Below, piece after piece: positions 1-10,329 of a DNA stretch of 64,000 bases (within the stretch, counting starts at the first letter, position 1; each line of letters starts with the position of its first letter). The notes below the pieces were generated by a model. The model saw nothing but the letters and a program-made list of their open reading frames with translations. It was not told where the DNA came from and ran no database searches. Source of the stretch: Bacteroidota bacterium (GTDB lineage Bacteria; Bacteroidota; Bacteroidia; B-17B0; Aurantibacillaceae). Where the stretch lies: positions 10,239 to 74,238 of the forward strand of contig JAZKDT010000059.1 in assembly GCA_040387475.1 (NCBI GenBank), written 5' to 3'. The translations under genes and the position numbers were made by a program.

Positions 1-3000
1 CCGCCCGGTGACCATGAATACGTATATGTTGGTCCGGTTCCTCCAATACCTGTGGCAGTAGCTGCCCCTATACACACATTACAACTTGGCTGCACATTAC
101 CAATAGATGCCGTTAACACAGTAGGTTGAGCAACTGCAGCAACAGTGGATGCTATACACCCTAATGCATCGGTAACAGTAACCACATAATTACCTGCGGG
201 TAACCCATTGGCAACTGCAGTTGTTTGCGTTGGAGTAGTTGGCGACCAACTGTAAAAATAACCTGCTGTCCCGCCAGACGGATTTACAGAAACAACACCA
301 TCACTACCGCCGGCACAACTTACTGTACCATTAACGGGAGTTAAGGTCATAGCCGGTGGAGCAACAATAGAAACGGTTTGTGTTTTAACACATCCAAAAA
401 AATCTGTTACAGTTGCTGTATAAGTTCCAATACATAAATTAGGAATAATGTTGCCGCTACTACCGTTATTTAAACTGATCGTATAATTTGGAGTTCCCCC
501 GCTTACTGATGTTGTAGCAATACCCGTACACTGGCTATTACAATTGGGATTTGTAGGGACAATACTGATTGTCATGTCGGGCTTTGCCGCTATGGTGGTG
601 GTAGCTGTTGCTGTACAACCATTCGCATCAGTTACCGTTGCAGATTGAACTCCTGCACACTGGTTAGTTAGTGCTGATGTTGTAGCGCTGGAAGCGCTCC
701 AGGAAAATGTATATGCGGGCGTACCTCCATTAACAACAGTTGAAATACTGGCGTTACATACATTCGAACAATTAAGAGTCGTAGAATTTAAAGAAAGAAG
801 AATAGGATTAGGTTGAGTTAAATTAAGTGTTTGTGTTCTTACACAACCCTTAGCATCTTTAACTAATAATGTATATGAACCAGCACATAAACCCGTGTAG
901 GGAGGATTGGTTGTAAGAGGTGCTCCCGAAGACTGCAATGTAAATGTATAAGGGCCTGTACCACCACTTGGAATCGAATTGATGGAGCCATTGCAAAGTC
1001 CATTACACGTTGGCGATACCGACGTAATGTTTGGCACAATAGGCGTTGGCTGTGTGATTGTAAAAGTTTGCGTCTTTGTACAATTATTGGCGTCTTTTAC
1101 AATTACCGTGTAAGATCCGGAACAAAGTGCACTTACTGAAGCAGTTCCCTGACCTGTAATTGGTGGGGCCACGGGTTGCCATGTATATGAATAGGCTCCT
1201 GTGCCCCCGCTCATATTAGCAATTGCTGTACCATCACAAATTCCATTACAGGTAATACTCGTAATTACAACAGCTAAAGTTGTAGCAGGTGGCTGGGTGA
1301 TAGTAACTGTATTTGAAAATTTACACCCCAAGGCATCTGTAACCGTGTAATTGTATGCGCCTGCACATAAACTGGTTAAAACAGAAGTTGTTGGCGCCGC
1401 TGGCGACCAACTGTATGTATAAGCACCTGTACCTCCTGAAGGATTTAAATTAATAGCGCCAATACACGCAGCGTTACATGCTAAATTGGTTTGTGTGGGG
1501 CTAGCAGTTAAGGGAGGTGGAGACAAAATAGAAACAGTGATTGTTTTAATACAATTTCCATTATTAGTAACAGTACAGGTATAATTACCTGCGCATAAAC
1601 CAACAGCCTGCGATGCCGTTCCACCACTTGGAGTCCAGGAATATGTAAATGGTCCAATACCCCCGGTTGCGGTTACGGAAGCGGTGCCGTCACATATACT
1701 GCCACATGTAAGATCAGTATGACTCACCGTTAAAGTGATGGCGGGTGGCTGTATTATATTTACAGAATAGGTAGCAGTACATGTTTTGCTATCAGTAACA
1801 GTCATTGTAAGTACTGCCGGACATAAAGCTGTTATAGAAGAAGTTGTAGATGTTGAAGGCGTTGACGACGCTGATAACCAGGAATAACTATAAGGCCCCG
1901 TGCCACCTGATGGCGAAGCGGTAGCCGAACCATTGCAGGCTGCATTACATGTAACGCTACTACTCACGCCATTAGCAAGCAATACTGCTGGCTGAACCAG
2001 GGTAGTAGTAAACGTATTAATACAACCATTTACGTTTGTGGCAGTTACGGTGTAAGTGCCGGCGCATGCGTTTTTTAAAGTATCCCTGGTATTAATATTA
2101 GTATGGGTTACGTTAGGAGGATTCCAGTTAATCGATAACGGAATTGCTCCGGTTAAAACCGAAGCCCGTACCTGTCCGTTACATAATCCATTACAAGTAG
2201 GCTGCGTCGTGCTAAAATTCAATATGGTGGCAGGTGGATCCACCATACCAAAAGATCCGGCAGTTTGCTCTCCAATAGCATTCTCAAATACAACAAGATA
2301 TTGACTGGAGCACCCACACAAGGCATTTACGGAATAAGTTGTTCCAGTATAAGCAGCCTCCGCAGGCGGCAAATTAGAAGGACATGTTCCATTAATCCAC
2401 TGAATAATATACGGTGGGTTTGAACAACCTGACAGGTTAAAGATAGCTATACCATCACACACGCCCTGGCAGGTGGGAAACACAACTGTAGGCGAAGGAA
2501 CCGAACAGGCCTGCGGTGAAATGGGAGTGACTTTTAAATTAGAAACACTATTTAACGCGGAAAGGGTTGCGGAAGGCAACATGCTTTTTTGGCATATAAT
2601 ATTAGTTTTTAGAAGTGCCGAATTTGTAATTTGAGAATTGTTAACGGTGAGGAGATTAGATGCCTGAATCAGATTATTAGAAAGATCCAGTTGCGTATTT
2701 GTAATCACAACATCTTTGGCAAGAATGGAGGAGTTTTTTAATTCAAAATTTCCGGAAACATATACTGATTTTGATGTTACCAAAGTTCCCAACTCTACAT
2801 CTGCTTGCGCATTCAAATAAATATCATTGTCAAATCTATTTTGCGAGAACTGATATTTTACTGATGACTGAGGATTTAAATTAATTTTCCCATTCAGCTT
2901 AAAATAAAAATGCGCATTCAGATTTACATCACCATTGATTGTCAAATCAACATTTGGTGAGCCAATCACATCGATTTTAAAATTGGCGTTTTCCGAAATA

Positions 3001-3239
3001 ATTGATTTAAACTGAACGCTGTGTAATGCATGAATCGTAAAACTGGAAGCAGAAGATGCATTATCAAAAACAACGGTTGAAGCACCGGAAGGTAATATGT
3101 TTGATGAAGTTCCACCACTGGTATAAGACCAATGAGCAATGTCGTTCCAGTAACCTGAGCCACCAACCCAATAAAAAGTTTGTGCATTTAGGCAAGCGGT
3201 TACAAATAGGACAATAAAAAGTAGCAGTTTTTTCAACAT
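1..3239 (-). CDS. Large cell-surface SprB-repeat protein, N-terminal ~1079 aa. The 3' end runs off the window, and it is absent from the ORF track because no stop lies inside the window.
   Basis: Manual translation from the ATG at 3237-3239 gives the signal peptide MLKKLLLFIVLFVTACLNAQ, then an Asn-rich beta-helix-like region, then Cys-containing ~80-aa repeats (TQPTCNGLCNGQV...TATNVNGC). The same frame at nt 3-59 reads TATGIGGTGPTYTYSWSPG, a typical SprB-repeat signature. I checked the frame at both ends only. Confidence 0.8.
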   Translation of the reverse strand, partial: MLKKLLLFIVLFVTACLNAQTFYWVGGSGYWNDIAHWSYTSGGTSSNILPSGASTVVFDNASSASSFTIHALHSVQFKSIISENANFKIDVIGSPNVDLTINGDVNLNAHFYFKLNGKINLNPQSSVKYQFSQNRFDNDIYLNAQADVELGTLVTSKSVYVSGNFELKNSSILAKDVVITNTQLDLSNNLIQASNLLTVNNSQITNSALLKTNIICQKSMLPSATLSALNSVSNLKVTPISPQACSVPSPTVVFPTCQGVCDGIAIFNLSGCSNPPYIIQWINGTCPSNLPPAEAAYTGTTYSVNALCGCSSQYLVVFENAIGEQTAGSFGMVDPPATILNFSTTQPTCNGLCNGQVRASVLTGAIPLSINWNPPNVTHTNINTRDTLKNACAGTYTVTATNVNGCINTFTTTLVQPAVLLANGVSSSVTCNAACNGSATASPSGGTGPYSYSWLSASSTPSTSTTSSITALCPAVLTMTVTDSKTCTATYSVNIIQPPAITLTVSHTDLTCGSICDGTASVTATGGIGPFTYSWTPSGGTASQAVGLCAGNYTCTVTNNGNCIKTITVSILSPPPLTASPTQTNLACNAACIGAINLNPSGGTGAYTYSWSPAAPTTSVLTSLCAGAYNYTVTDALGCKFSNTVTITQPPATTLAVVITSITCNGICDGTAIANMSGGTGAYSYTWQPVAPPITGQGTASVSALCSGSYTVIVKDANNCTKTQTFTITQPTPIVPNITSVSPTCNGLCNGSINSIPSGGTGPYTFTLQSSGAPLTTNPPYTGLCAGSYTLLVKDAKGCVRTQTLNLTQPNPILLSLNSTTLNCSNVCNASISTVVNGGTPAYTFSWSASSATTSALTNQCAGVQSATVTDANGCTATATTTIAAKPDMTISIVPTNPNCNSQCTGIATTSVSGGTPNYTISLNNGSSGNIIPNLCIGTYTATVTDFFGCVKTQTVSIVAPPAMTLTPVNGTVSCAGGSDGVVSVNPSGGTAGYFYSWSPTTPTQTTAVANGLPAGNYVVTVTDALGCIASTVAAVAQPTVLTASIGNVQPSCNVCIGAATATGIGGTGPTYTYSWSPG

Positions 3240-3366
3240 AACGATTTTAAACTTTTACGAATTTAAAGTAGTTTGAGTTTCTAAATATAGGAAAATAAGC
3301 CTAATATTAACAATTCTACTGTGTGAAACCTTACTTTAACTGATTGAATTTAACGAAATTATACTC

Positions 3367-3936
3367 ATGAACGAAGAAAATTCTTTAAATAGCTGGAAAA
3401 CACTTTCCTCCGAATTAATGTATGAATCGGCCTGGATTGCCGTTCATAAACATGAAACGATAAATCCGGCAGGCAATCCGGCCGTTTACAGTGTTATTAA
3501 TTTCAAAAATTTAGCAATTGGCATTTTGCCTTTAAGTAACGATGGATATACCTGGCTGGTGGGACAGTGGCGTTATCCATTAAATGCGTATAGCTGGGAA
3601 ATACCTGAAGGGGGTGGTCCTTTAGGAGAAGCTCCCATAGAAACTGCAGTAAGAGAATTGAAAGAGGAGACTGGTATTGTAGCAAAAAAATTTGACGAAA
3701 TTATGCAATTGCATTTGAGTAATTCGGCCACCAACGAACATGCCTTTGTGTTTTTAGCGACTGATTTAACCTTTGGTGATGCGGAGCCTGAGGAAACGGA
3801 AGACTTGAAAGTTAAGAAAGTTCACATCAACGACGCGTTCGACATGGTGCAGAATGGTGAAATAACTGATGCTATCAGCGTAGCTGCTATTTACAAAGTA
3901 AAGTATTTGATAGACACAGGAAAGTTGAAGATTTAA
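3367..3936 (+). CDS. NUDIX hydrolase (ADP-ribose pyrophosphatase-like)
   Basis: Nudix box GGGPLGEAPIETAVRELKEETGI (GX5EX7REUXEEXGU pattern). Length is 189 aa. Confidence 0.85.
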   Translation: MNEENSLNSWKTLSSELMYESAWIAVHKHETINPAGNPAVYSVINFKNLAIGILPLSNDGYTWLVGQWRYPLNAYSWEIPEGGGPLGEAPIETAVRELKEETGIVAKKFDEIMQLHLSNSATNEHAFVFLATDLTFGDAEPEETEDLKVKKVHINDAFDMVQNGEITDAISVAAIYKVKYLIDTGKLKI

Positions 3937-4049
3937 TCTACTACACGTCTGATAACTCCCCTGCTTCTTTAACAAGGAGAGAATGTTAGAGCCGAAAAGC
4001 GGTAAGTTCTACTTTGACAGCGGTGAGGTTTTGTACGGAAGCGGAGAGT

Positions 4050-4562
4050 TTACCAACCCGCTATTTCCCAGGTTCCCTGCGAGCGCATTACCTGTTCAAT
4101 AATATCACGCACACAAGCATCTCCCCCTTTTCGTCCCGAAATATAAATACAAATTTCTTTTATTTCGTGTGCAGAATCTGCCGGACAACAAGCTATGCCA
4201 ACCCTTTGCATCACTTCGTAATCAGGTAAATCATCGCCCATGAATAAAATTTCTTCTTCATTTAAACTATGCTCATTGATATAATCTTTGTAACATTGAA
4301 GCTTGTCGTGCTGCGACAAAAATATATCTTCTATTCCTAAACCTGCTAATGCCTTTTTTACTACCTGGCTATTTCCTCCGGTAATAATTCCAATGCGATA
4401 ACCTTTCTTTACAGCCAGTTGCAAAGCAAAACCATCTTTGGAATTCATGTTTCTAACAAACTCTCCACTCTCCATTAAAAACACCTGTCCATTCGTTAAT
4501 ACACCATCCACATCAAACAATAAAGTTTTAATGCGCGTTAATTTTTGCTTGAAGTTCTCCAT
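4050..4562 (-). CDS. kdsC: 3-deoxy-D-manno-octulosonate 8-phosphate phosphatase (HAD superfamily, YrbI/KdsC family)
   Basis: HAD motif I is LLFDVDGVLTNG and motif IV is FMGDDLPD. The 170-aa size and overall collinearity match KdsC. Confidence 0.8.
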   Translation of the reverse strand: MENFKQKLTRIKTLLFDVDGVLTNGQVFLMESGEFVRNMNSKDGFALQLAVKKGYRIGIITGGNSQVVKKALAGLGIEDIFLSQHDKLQCYKDYINEHSLNEEEILFMGDDLPDYEVMQRVGIACCPADSAHEIKEICIYISGRKGGDACVRDIIEQVMRSQGTWEIAGW

Positions 4563-4565
4563 AAG

Positions 4566-5366
4566 TTATTCGTGGCTTTGTTGTTTCATAATTAAATCGG
4601 ACAGCACTGTATATACGTGATACAACTGCGGATCCTCTTTTAATAATTGCAAATGTTTATTCATGACGATTTTATCATTCCGCATGGCCGGACCTGTCTG
4701 AGCCTTCCCGGGAGAAACTTTTTGGAGTTTTTGAAACGATTGTAACATAATCGGATGCAATAATGCGGTGTCTTTTTTACTCAACCCGTTTTCAATTATT
4801 TCGTAAGCAGAAACATATAAGGCATTTGTAAAATTACAGGCGAATACCGCAGCTAAATGCATTTGCAGTCTTTTTTTAGAATTGACTTCTTTTACTTTTT
4901 TTGAAACATAGTCTGCCGTTTTTTTCAAAGCACTCAATACGGATTTGGAATTGGCTTCTATTAATAATGGCGTTGTTTTCCAATCGATCTTTGCCCCCGT
5001 GTAAAATGTTTGAAGTGGATAATAAACTCCAACAGAAGACGACACCTTTTTCAAAACCGATATATCAATGCTTCCGGAAGTATGCACCACAATTCCTTTT
5101 AATTTTAAGGGCATTAAATTTTTACAAACCTCAGCAATCACATCATCCTTTACTGCAATGATATATACATCTGCTTTTTTAGTAAGAGCATTATAATCAG
5201 TTACCAACTCACATTTAGCCTGCTTTGAAAATAATCTGGCCTCTTTTGAATTTCGGTGATTGAACACCTGAACCACATGGAGTTCTTTTTTATCTTTAAA
5301 AGAATCAGCTATATGATATGCAACATGGCCTGTTCCTATAATGACTATGTTAACCGTTTTGCTCAT
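4566..5366 (-). CDS. Rossmann-fold NAD(P)-binding protein, DUF2520-like
   Basis: N-terminal dinucleotide-binding motif VNIVIIGTGHVAYHIA. It lies 3 nt upstream of kdsC in the same orientation. Confidence 0.55.
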   Translation of the reverse strand: MSKTVNIVIIGTGHVAYHIADSFKDKKELHVVQVFNHRNSKEARLFSKQAKCELVTDYNALTKKADVYIIAVKDDVIAEVCKNLMPLKLKGIVVHTSGSIDISVLKKVSSSVGVYYPLQTFYTGAKIDWKTTPLLIEANSKSVLSALKKTADYVSKKVKEVNSKKRLQMHLAAVFACNFTNALYVSAYEIIENGLSKKDTALLHPIMLQSFQKLQKVSPGKAQTGPAMRNDKIVMNKHLQLLKEDPQLYHVYTVLSDLIMKQQSHE

Positions 5367-5377
5367 GTGTAATATAA

Positions 5378-7978
5378 TTACGAAGCGTTTTTTAATTTGT
5401 TCATCCGGCGTCGTTCAATAATAGCAATCAATGTTCCAATGATCATGATTAAACAACCCAGCCACAATACATTGATAAAGGGAAACATATAGGCTTCCAA
5501 TACCACAAAATCCTGCGCGTTATTTACTTTTTCACTCATCTGAATTTCAATACTACCTTCATTAGGATTTATTTTCCAGAAGATAAATTTTAAACCTAAC
5601 TCCTTCAGCTCAAATTCGTCGGGCATTACCATACTATTTTTCAAAATATATTTTGGCGTTGCCCTATAAATTTTACCGTTAATATCGGTCGCTTTTAAAA
5701 CCGCTGTTACCACTAATAAGCTATCGTTTGCAGAATATTGTTCTTCTGTTAAATTAGTGGTTATACTATCTATTTCTATGATGGCGTTATCAGAGAAAAT
5801 AGTGTCATTCATATGTCCGATAAAATTAGTTGGTTCTCGGTAAGCGTCTTTTTTTATATCTTTCGTATCACTTAAAATCCCGTAGGTAATGTGCGTATAA
5901 ATATCATTACTTAAAAAATGTTTGGTAGCGGGATGCGCTGCAGCACCCATTCTTGGATTATCCTGTATCATAGGACTTAACTCAAATGCCTTTACAATTT
6001 TACCATTTTCATCTTTGGCAAAATAATCCATGTTAAAAAATACATCTATGCCTCTGCGCTCTTTTCCTTTATAAGTTACCAAATAATTTCCCATTGACAG
6101 GGTATCACCTACAGTAAGAACCAGACTTTTTTTAGCGTCAAAATCCTCGCCTAAACTTGCTACATTTTTTTGAGATGTATTTTTAGAGATGGTCTGTTTT
6201 TTAGAGGTAGATACTAAAGCTCCCAATAAAATTAAAGCAAAACCTATATGTGCAATAGATGAGCCCGCGTGACGCATCCTTCCTTTCAAAATCCTTAACC
6301 AATAATCGAGATTGCAAAACACGGCAAATAAAGCTGATATAAATAAAATGGCATAAGAAATTAAATTCCATTTATCAAGGGGTTTTGCCAAAGAATAATC
6401 CTTTAAAAAATACAAAGGAATAACTGCCGATAGTCCAAATATCACCGACAATAATCCTGAAATACTTATGCTTTTTAAAAATTGTTTCGGATCTGTTTTT
6501 TTATATTTAAAAAATTGTCCGACTGCAACTAATAATAACGCAACAATAGTGAACGGAACCATCCATACATTATAATCGGCCACTTTAATGCCGGCTTTTT
6601 CTTTTTCATACAGCCATCCCATAAACAGTTTATTCATAACAGGAATTGAAGTGAAATAAGTGATCACCAGAGCCGACAATAAGAAGACCAAAGAGCCCAC
6701 AAACATCCAAAACTCTCTTGAATACAAGCTTTCCTCCTCTTCCTCTTTTGGAAAAAACTTAATGTACGAATAAATAGTCAACACAAAACTCATAACTATC
6801 CACACTAACAGTATAGCAACTTTATGACCTACTGTGAGGCCTACAAAAAACATTAAAAAAGAAACCATCACATAAGAAACGCGAACGAGTTTGTCATGGA
6901 TCAGCAATACAATACAAATAAAAATAAACGTGAGTACATACACTACCAGCTGCCCCTGCATCCCCAGATCTGTAAAAGCATGGACCGAACTTTTACCTAA
7001 AATACCACTGCGGGTTAAGAACGTAGAATATAACACCAATAAAAAAGAAGCAATAGCCATTAAGTGGGTCATAAATAAAGAACCTCCTTTATTTTTATTG
7101 ATGATCATCACGTGTCCGGCACCAACCATAACCAGCCACGGCACTAAGGAAGAATTTTCAACCGGATCCCATGCCCAGAAACCTCCAAAACTCAGAGCTT
7201 CGTAAGCCCATGCGCCGCCCATTAAAATACCTGTTCCCAAAATCATGATGCTGAAAAAGGTCCAGGTCAATGCGGGTCGTTGCCAGGTCGTAAAATCACG
7301 TTTCCATAAACCGGCGATAGCAAAAGTAAATGGAACTAATGTAGAAGAGAATCCCAAAAATAAAGTCGGCGGATGGATTGTCATCCAATAGTTCATCAAT
7401 AGAGGATTTAACCCGTTACCATCAATCTTGGATAAATAATTTTCGACTTGCAAAAACGGCAAATTAGAAAATTGTGGATTTTCTCTTAGTAATAAAAACG
7501 GGTTAGAACCTAATTTATAATCACCAATATAAACTCCAAGCAACATGCTGGCAATAAAAACCTGCACTAAAGCAAAAATAGCCATTGTTGGCGCTTCCCA
7601 TTTGGCCTCAATGGTTTTACGTAAAATATTACCTAAAACAACATTCCAGAATGCCCATAATAAAAAACTACCTTCCTGTCCTTCCCAAAAGCAGGACATG
7701 ATGTATTGCATTGGCATTTCATTATTACTATGCTGATAAACATATGAGTATTCGTAAAAATGATTGAACAACATGTAAAACAACGTGGCTGCAATTCCTA
7801 TAATGGAAATTGAGTGAATCGTAAAAGCTGTATTCGCAAATTTTTTCCATTGGGAAGTTAAAACTTCTTTGGAATAAAAATAATAACCAATAGCAGAAAA
7901 TAAAGCGGCTATTAAGGATAAAACGACAAAGCCATTTCCTAATTGTCCAACCCACAAGCGCTCGTCCATAGTACCCAT
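5378..7978 (-). CDS. ccmF: Cytochrome c-type biogenesis heme lyase CcmF
   Basis: Polytopic 866-aa membrane protein with the WWD heme-handling motif GGFWAWDPVENSSLVPWL. It sits in an operon with ccmB/C/D/E. Confidence 0.85.
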   Translation of the reverse strand: MGTMDERLWVGQLGNGFVVLSLIAALFSAIGYYFYSKEVLTSQWKKFANTAFTIHSISIIGIAATLFYMLFNHFYEYSYVYQHSNNEMPMQYIMSCFWEGQEGSFLLWAFWNVVLGNILRKTIEAKWEAPTMAIFALVQVFIASMLLGVYIGDYKLGSNPFLLLRENPQFSNLPFLQVENYLSKIDGNGLNPLLMNYWMTIHPPTLFLGFSSTLVPFTFAIAGLWKRDFTTWQRPALTWTFFSIMILGTGILMGGAWAYEALSFGGFWAWDPVENSSLVPWLVMVGAGHVMIINKNKGGSLFMTHLMAIASFLLVLYSTFLTRSGILGKSSVHAFTDLGMQGQLVVYVLTFIFICIVLLIHDKLVRVSYVMVSFLMFFVGLTVGHKVAILLVWIVMSFVLTIYSYIKFFPKEEEEESLYSREFWMFVGSLVFLLSALVITYFTSIPVMNKLFMGWLYEKEKAGIKVADYNVWMVPFTIVALLLVAVGQFFKYKKTDPKQFLKSISISGLLSVIFGLSAVIPLYFLKDYSLAKPLDKWNLISYAILFISALFAVFCNLDYWLRILKGRMRHAGSSIAHIGFALILLGALVSTSKKQTISKNTSQKNVASLGEDFDAKKSLVLTVGDTLSMGNYLVTYKGKERRGIDVFFNMDYFAKDENGKIVKAFELSPMIQDNPRMGAAAHPATKHFLSNDIYTHITYGILSDTKDIKKDAYREPTNFIGHMNDTIFSDNAIIEIDSITTNLTEEQYSANDSLLVVTAVLKATDINGKIYRATPKYILKNSMVMPDEFELKELGLKFIFWKINPNEGSIEIQMSEKVNNAQDFVVLEAYMFPFINVLWLGCLIMIIGTLIAIIERRRMNKLKNAS

Positions 7979-7986
7979 TCGTAAAT

Positions 7987-8385
7987 TTATTTTTTATTTT
8001 TTTCGTCCCATGCCATGGCTTCCCATAGTTCCAATTTGTTTCCTGCAGGATCCATGATCCAGGCAAATACTCCATTCTCATGATATTCAGGTCCTTTAAC
8101 AATAGTAACATTTCCTGCTTCTAACTGCGACAGCATTTCTGCCATATTATCAACCCGGTAATTTATCATGAATGTTGATTCGCTTGGACTAAACCATTTT
8201 GTATCTTGTGGAGCCGTACTCCATACAGTTACGCCTTTATCGTTGGCCTGATCGTTTGGCCATCTTAAAATGGCTCCGCCCCAGGTTTCTAAATCCAATC
8301 CTAAATATTGCTTATACCACTCTCCTAATTCTTTCGGATTTTGAGTTTTAAAAAACACGCCTCCAATTCCTGTTATTTTTGCCAT
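7987..8385 (-). CDS. VOC (glyoxalase/bleomycin-resistance fold) family protein
   Basis: 132 aa. N-terminal ITGIGGVFFKTQNPKELGEWYKQYLGL and C-terminal FAWIMDPAGNKLELWE are typical beta-alpha-beta-beta-beta VOC modules. Confidence 0.65.
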   Translation of the reverse strand: MAKITGIGGVFFKTQNPKELGEWYKQYLGLDLETWGGAILRWPNDQANDKGVTVWSTAPQDTKWFSPSESTFMINYRVDNMAEMLSQLEAGNVTIVKGPEYHENGVFAWIMDPAGNKLELWEAMAWDEKNKK

Positions 8386-8397
8386 TGCATGTTATTG

Positions 8398-8781
8398 TTA
8401 AGCCTGGGGTTTGCCGTCATTATATTTACTCGGACATTTCATTAAGATCTCGTTAGCATGAAATTCCTCTCCCTGCATTTTGCCAATCAAAACAATTTGT
8501 TCTGATTTTTGAATATCCTGCGGAACACTTTTATGAAGCACTACTCTTTTCTCAACGCCCTTATTATCCACCATCATAAATGAACATTCATCTGCATTCA
8601 TCTTTGGATCGTATTGTACGGGAACCGCTTTATTTAATTTTCCAACAACGTGGTACTCTGTATCAGGATTAGCGGTGGCTTCCATAAAATCAGAATATGT
8701 AGAACTGTTTTGAAGCGAGGTAAAGATCACTCCAATAGCTACCGCTATAACCACTATTCCTAAAATGTGAATTTTTTTCAT
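8398..8781 (-). CDS. ccmE: Cytochrome c maturation heme chaperone CcmE, CxxxY variant
   Basis: N-terminal TM anchor, an OB-fold-sized body, and C-terminal FHANEILMKCPSKYND in the position where canonical CcmE has HxxxY. The CPSKY motif is at nt 8422-8436. Confidence 0.85.
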   Translation of the reverse strand: MKKIHILGIVVIAVAIGVIFTSLQNSSTYSDFMEATANPDTEYHVVGKLNKAVPVQYDPKMNADECSFMMVDNKGVEKRVVLHKSVPQDIQKSEQIVLIGKMQGEEFHANEILMKCPSKYNDGKPQA

Positions 8782-8797
8782 CTTACTCAGTACTTAT

Positions 8798-9013
8798 TTA
8801 ATGCTTATTTTCTAATTTTCTCAATTTTAAATCAATCGATACGAGGTAACCAATCAGGCAAATAAAAATAATTGCCAATACTGTTATCACTACATAGATT
8901 TTCCCGTCTCTTCTAAAAGCGTCGGCCATATCGGGTGACGTTGTAACTTCCTGTGCTATTCCAAAAAATGGAAATAAAAGGCCTGTCAATATTAAAATAA
9001 TTTTATTCTTCAT
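8798..9013 (-). CDS. ccmD: CcmD-like small membrane protein
   Basis: 71 aa with a single C-terminal TM helix followed by the basic tail KLRKLENK. It lies between ccmC and ccmE and overlaps ccmC by 11 nt. Confidence 0.55.
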   Translation of the reverse strand: MKNKIILILTGLLFPFFGIAQEVTTSPDMADAFRRDGKIYVVITVLAIIFICLIGYLVSIDLKLRKLENKH

Positions 9014-9665
9014 TTTGTTTATGAGTTAAAATGGCTAAACGTTTTTTTACATCAAAAATCCAAAGGCTTAATAATATCCAACCGATAACAGCCGGATAAA
9101 AAACTGTACGTAAATTACTATCCATATCATACTGGGCAAATTTTGCGTTACCGCCGTTGCCCGGATGCAGAGAGTCTGTAATGCGTGGTAAGATCATAAT
9201 GAATACAAACATCATTACAAATGCAAAAATATTATATACGGCAGCAATGCGGGCTTTCTTTTGTTCATCTTCAATAGAACTTCTTAAAATAAAATACGCC
9301 AGGTAAATTAAAACAGCAATGGCAACCCCATTTAATTTAGGATCTTTAAATGTCCACCAGGTTAACCAGGTAAACTTGGCCCACATACAACCGGTTAATA
9401 AGCCAGGCAGGGCAAAAAACAATCCTGTTTGCGCTGCCTGATTACTGATGAGATCAGATTGCAGATCGTTTTTAGCCAGCTGTTTGATGGCGTATACTAC
9501 TGATAAACCCATTTGAAACAACATGGCAAACCAAATAGGCACATGATAATAAACGTTACGAATAGTTTCGTTTAAAATATCTAAACGAGGAACGTTGTTC
9601 AACAAACCCCATACAATTGAGTACAGGATAAGGATGACACTTGATATTTTCCACCATTTAAGCAT
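9003..9665 (-). CDS. ccmC: Heme exporter protein CcmC
   Basis: Trp-rich motif MWAKFTWLTWWTFKDPKLNG in a 6-TM protein. I prefer the ATG at 9663-9665 (MLKWWKISSV), which removes the 44-nt overlap with ccmB. Confidence 0.8.
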   Translation of the reverse strand: MLKWWKISSVILILYSIVWGLLNNVPRLDILNETIRNVYYHVPIWFAMLFQMGLSVVYAIKQLAKNDLQSDLISNQAAQTGLFFALPGLLTGCMWAKFTWLTWWTFKDPKLNGVAIAVLIYLAYFILRSSIEDEQKKARIAAVYNIFAFVMMFVFIMILPRITDSLHPGNGGNAKFAQYDMDSNLRTVFYPAVIGWILLSLWIFDVKKRLAILTHKQNEE

Positions 9666-9669
9666 TCGT

Positions 9670-10329
9670 TTATTCTTTCCAAAGGTAATTAAATAATAGC
9701 GTTGCCAAAGCAACTACCACAATATTTAGCATGATCAAAACCATCAGGTATTTATAGCTCACGGCCCATCCAAGATCGTCAATAGCATACTTACTTAATT
9801 TAATGGAAACCAAGAGTAAAGGTAACAACACCGGAAAACTCAAAATGGCCATTAAACTCATGTTATTGCCTGCTTTGGAAGCGATTGCGCTCATTAAACT
9901 CAATACACCCGAGAAAGCGGTTGAACTGAATAATAAGCTCAGCAAAAACATTCCCATATCTTTTACTACACTCCCTACAAACCAAGAGTAAAAGAAAAAG
10001 GTTAGCAAGCTCAATACAGCCATTAACAGCATATTGTAAATGATCTTGCTTAAAATAAAATGCTGTGGATGATAATAAAGGTAGTTGTAAAGCCCTTTTC
10101 CTTTGGTCTCCTGCATAAAGCTTTTGCTGGAAACGCTTACCGCTATAAAAGCGAAAATAACCCAAAATAAGGCATTCCAGGTAATTTTGTCCATTTTACC
10201 CTGGAAACACAAAACAGAAATGAAAACTGTCGCAACTATATAAACTAAAATTCCGGCAAGAGTTGACTTCTGCCGGAATTCCAGTAAGAATTCTTTTTTA
10301 ATAAGTTGAGATAATAATTGCGTGCTCAT
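9670..10329 (-). CDS. ccmB: Heme exporter permease CcmB
   Basis: 219-aa polytopic membrane protein immediately upstream of ccmC. The N-terminal KKEFLLEFRQKS is CcmB-like. Confidence 0.65.
   Translation of the reverse strand: MSTQLLSQLIKKEFLLEFRQKSTLAGILVYIVATVFISVLCFQGKMDKITWNALFWVIFAFIAVSVSSKSFMQETKGKGLYNYLYYHPQHFILSKIIYNMLLMAVLSLLTFFFYSWFVGSVVKDMGMFLLSLLFSSTAFSGVLSLMSAIASKAGNNMSLMAILSFPVLLPLLLVSIKLSKYAIDDLGWAVSYKYLMVLIMLNIVVVALATLLFNYLWKE

Noticed and set aside
2056-3187. Track ORFs 2056-2304 (+) and 2966-3187 (-) inside the first 3.2 kb
   Set aside because: They overlap a much longer open frame on the minus strand (the SprB-repeat protein, ATG at 3237-3239) that has a signal peptide and repeat structure. 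The short ORFs have no features of their own.
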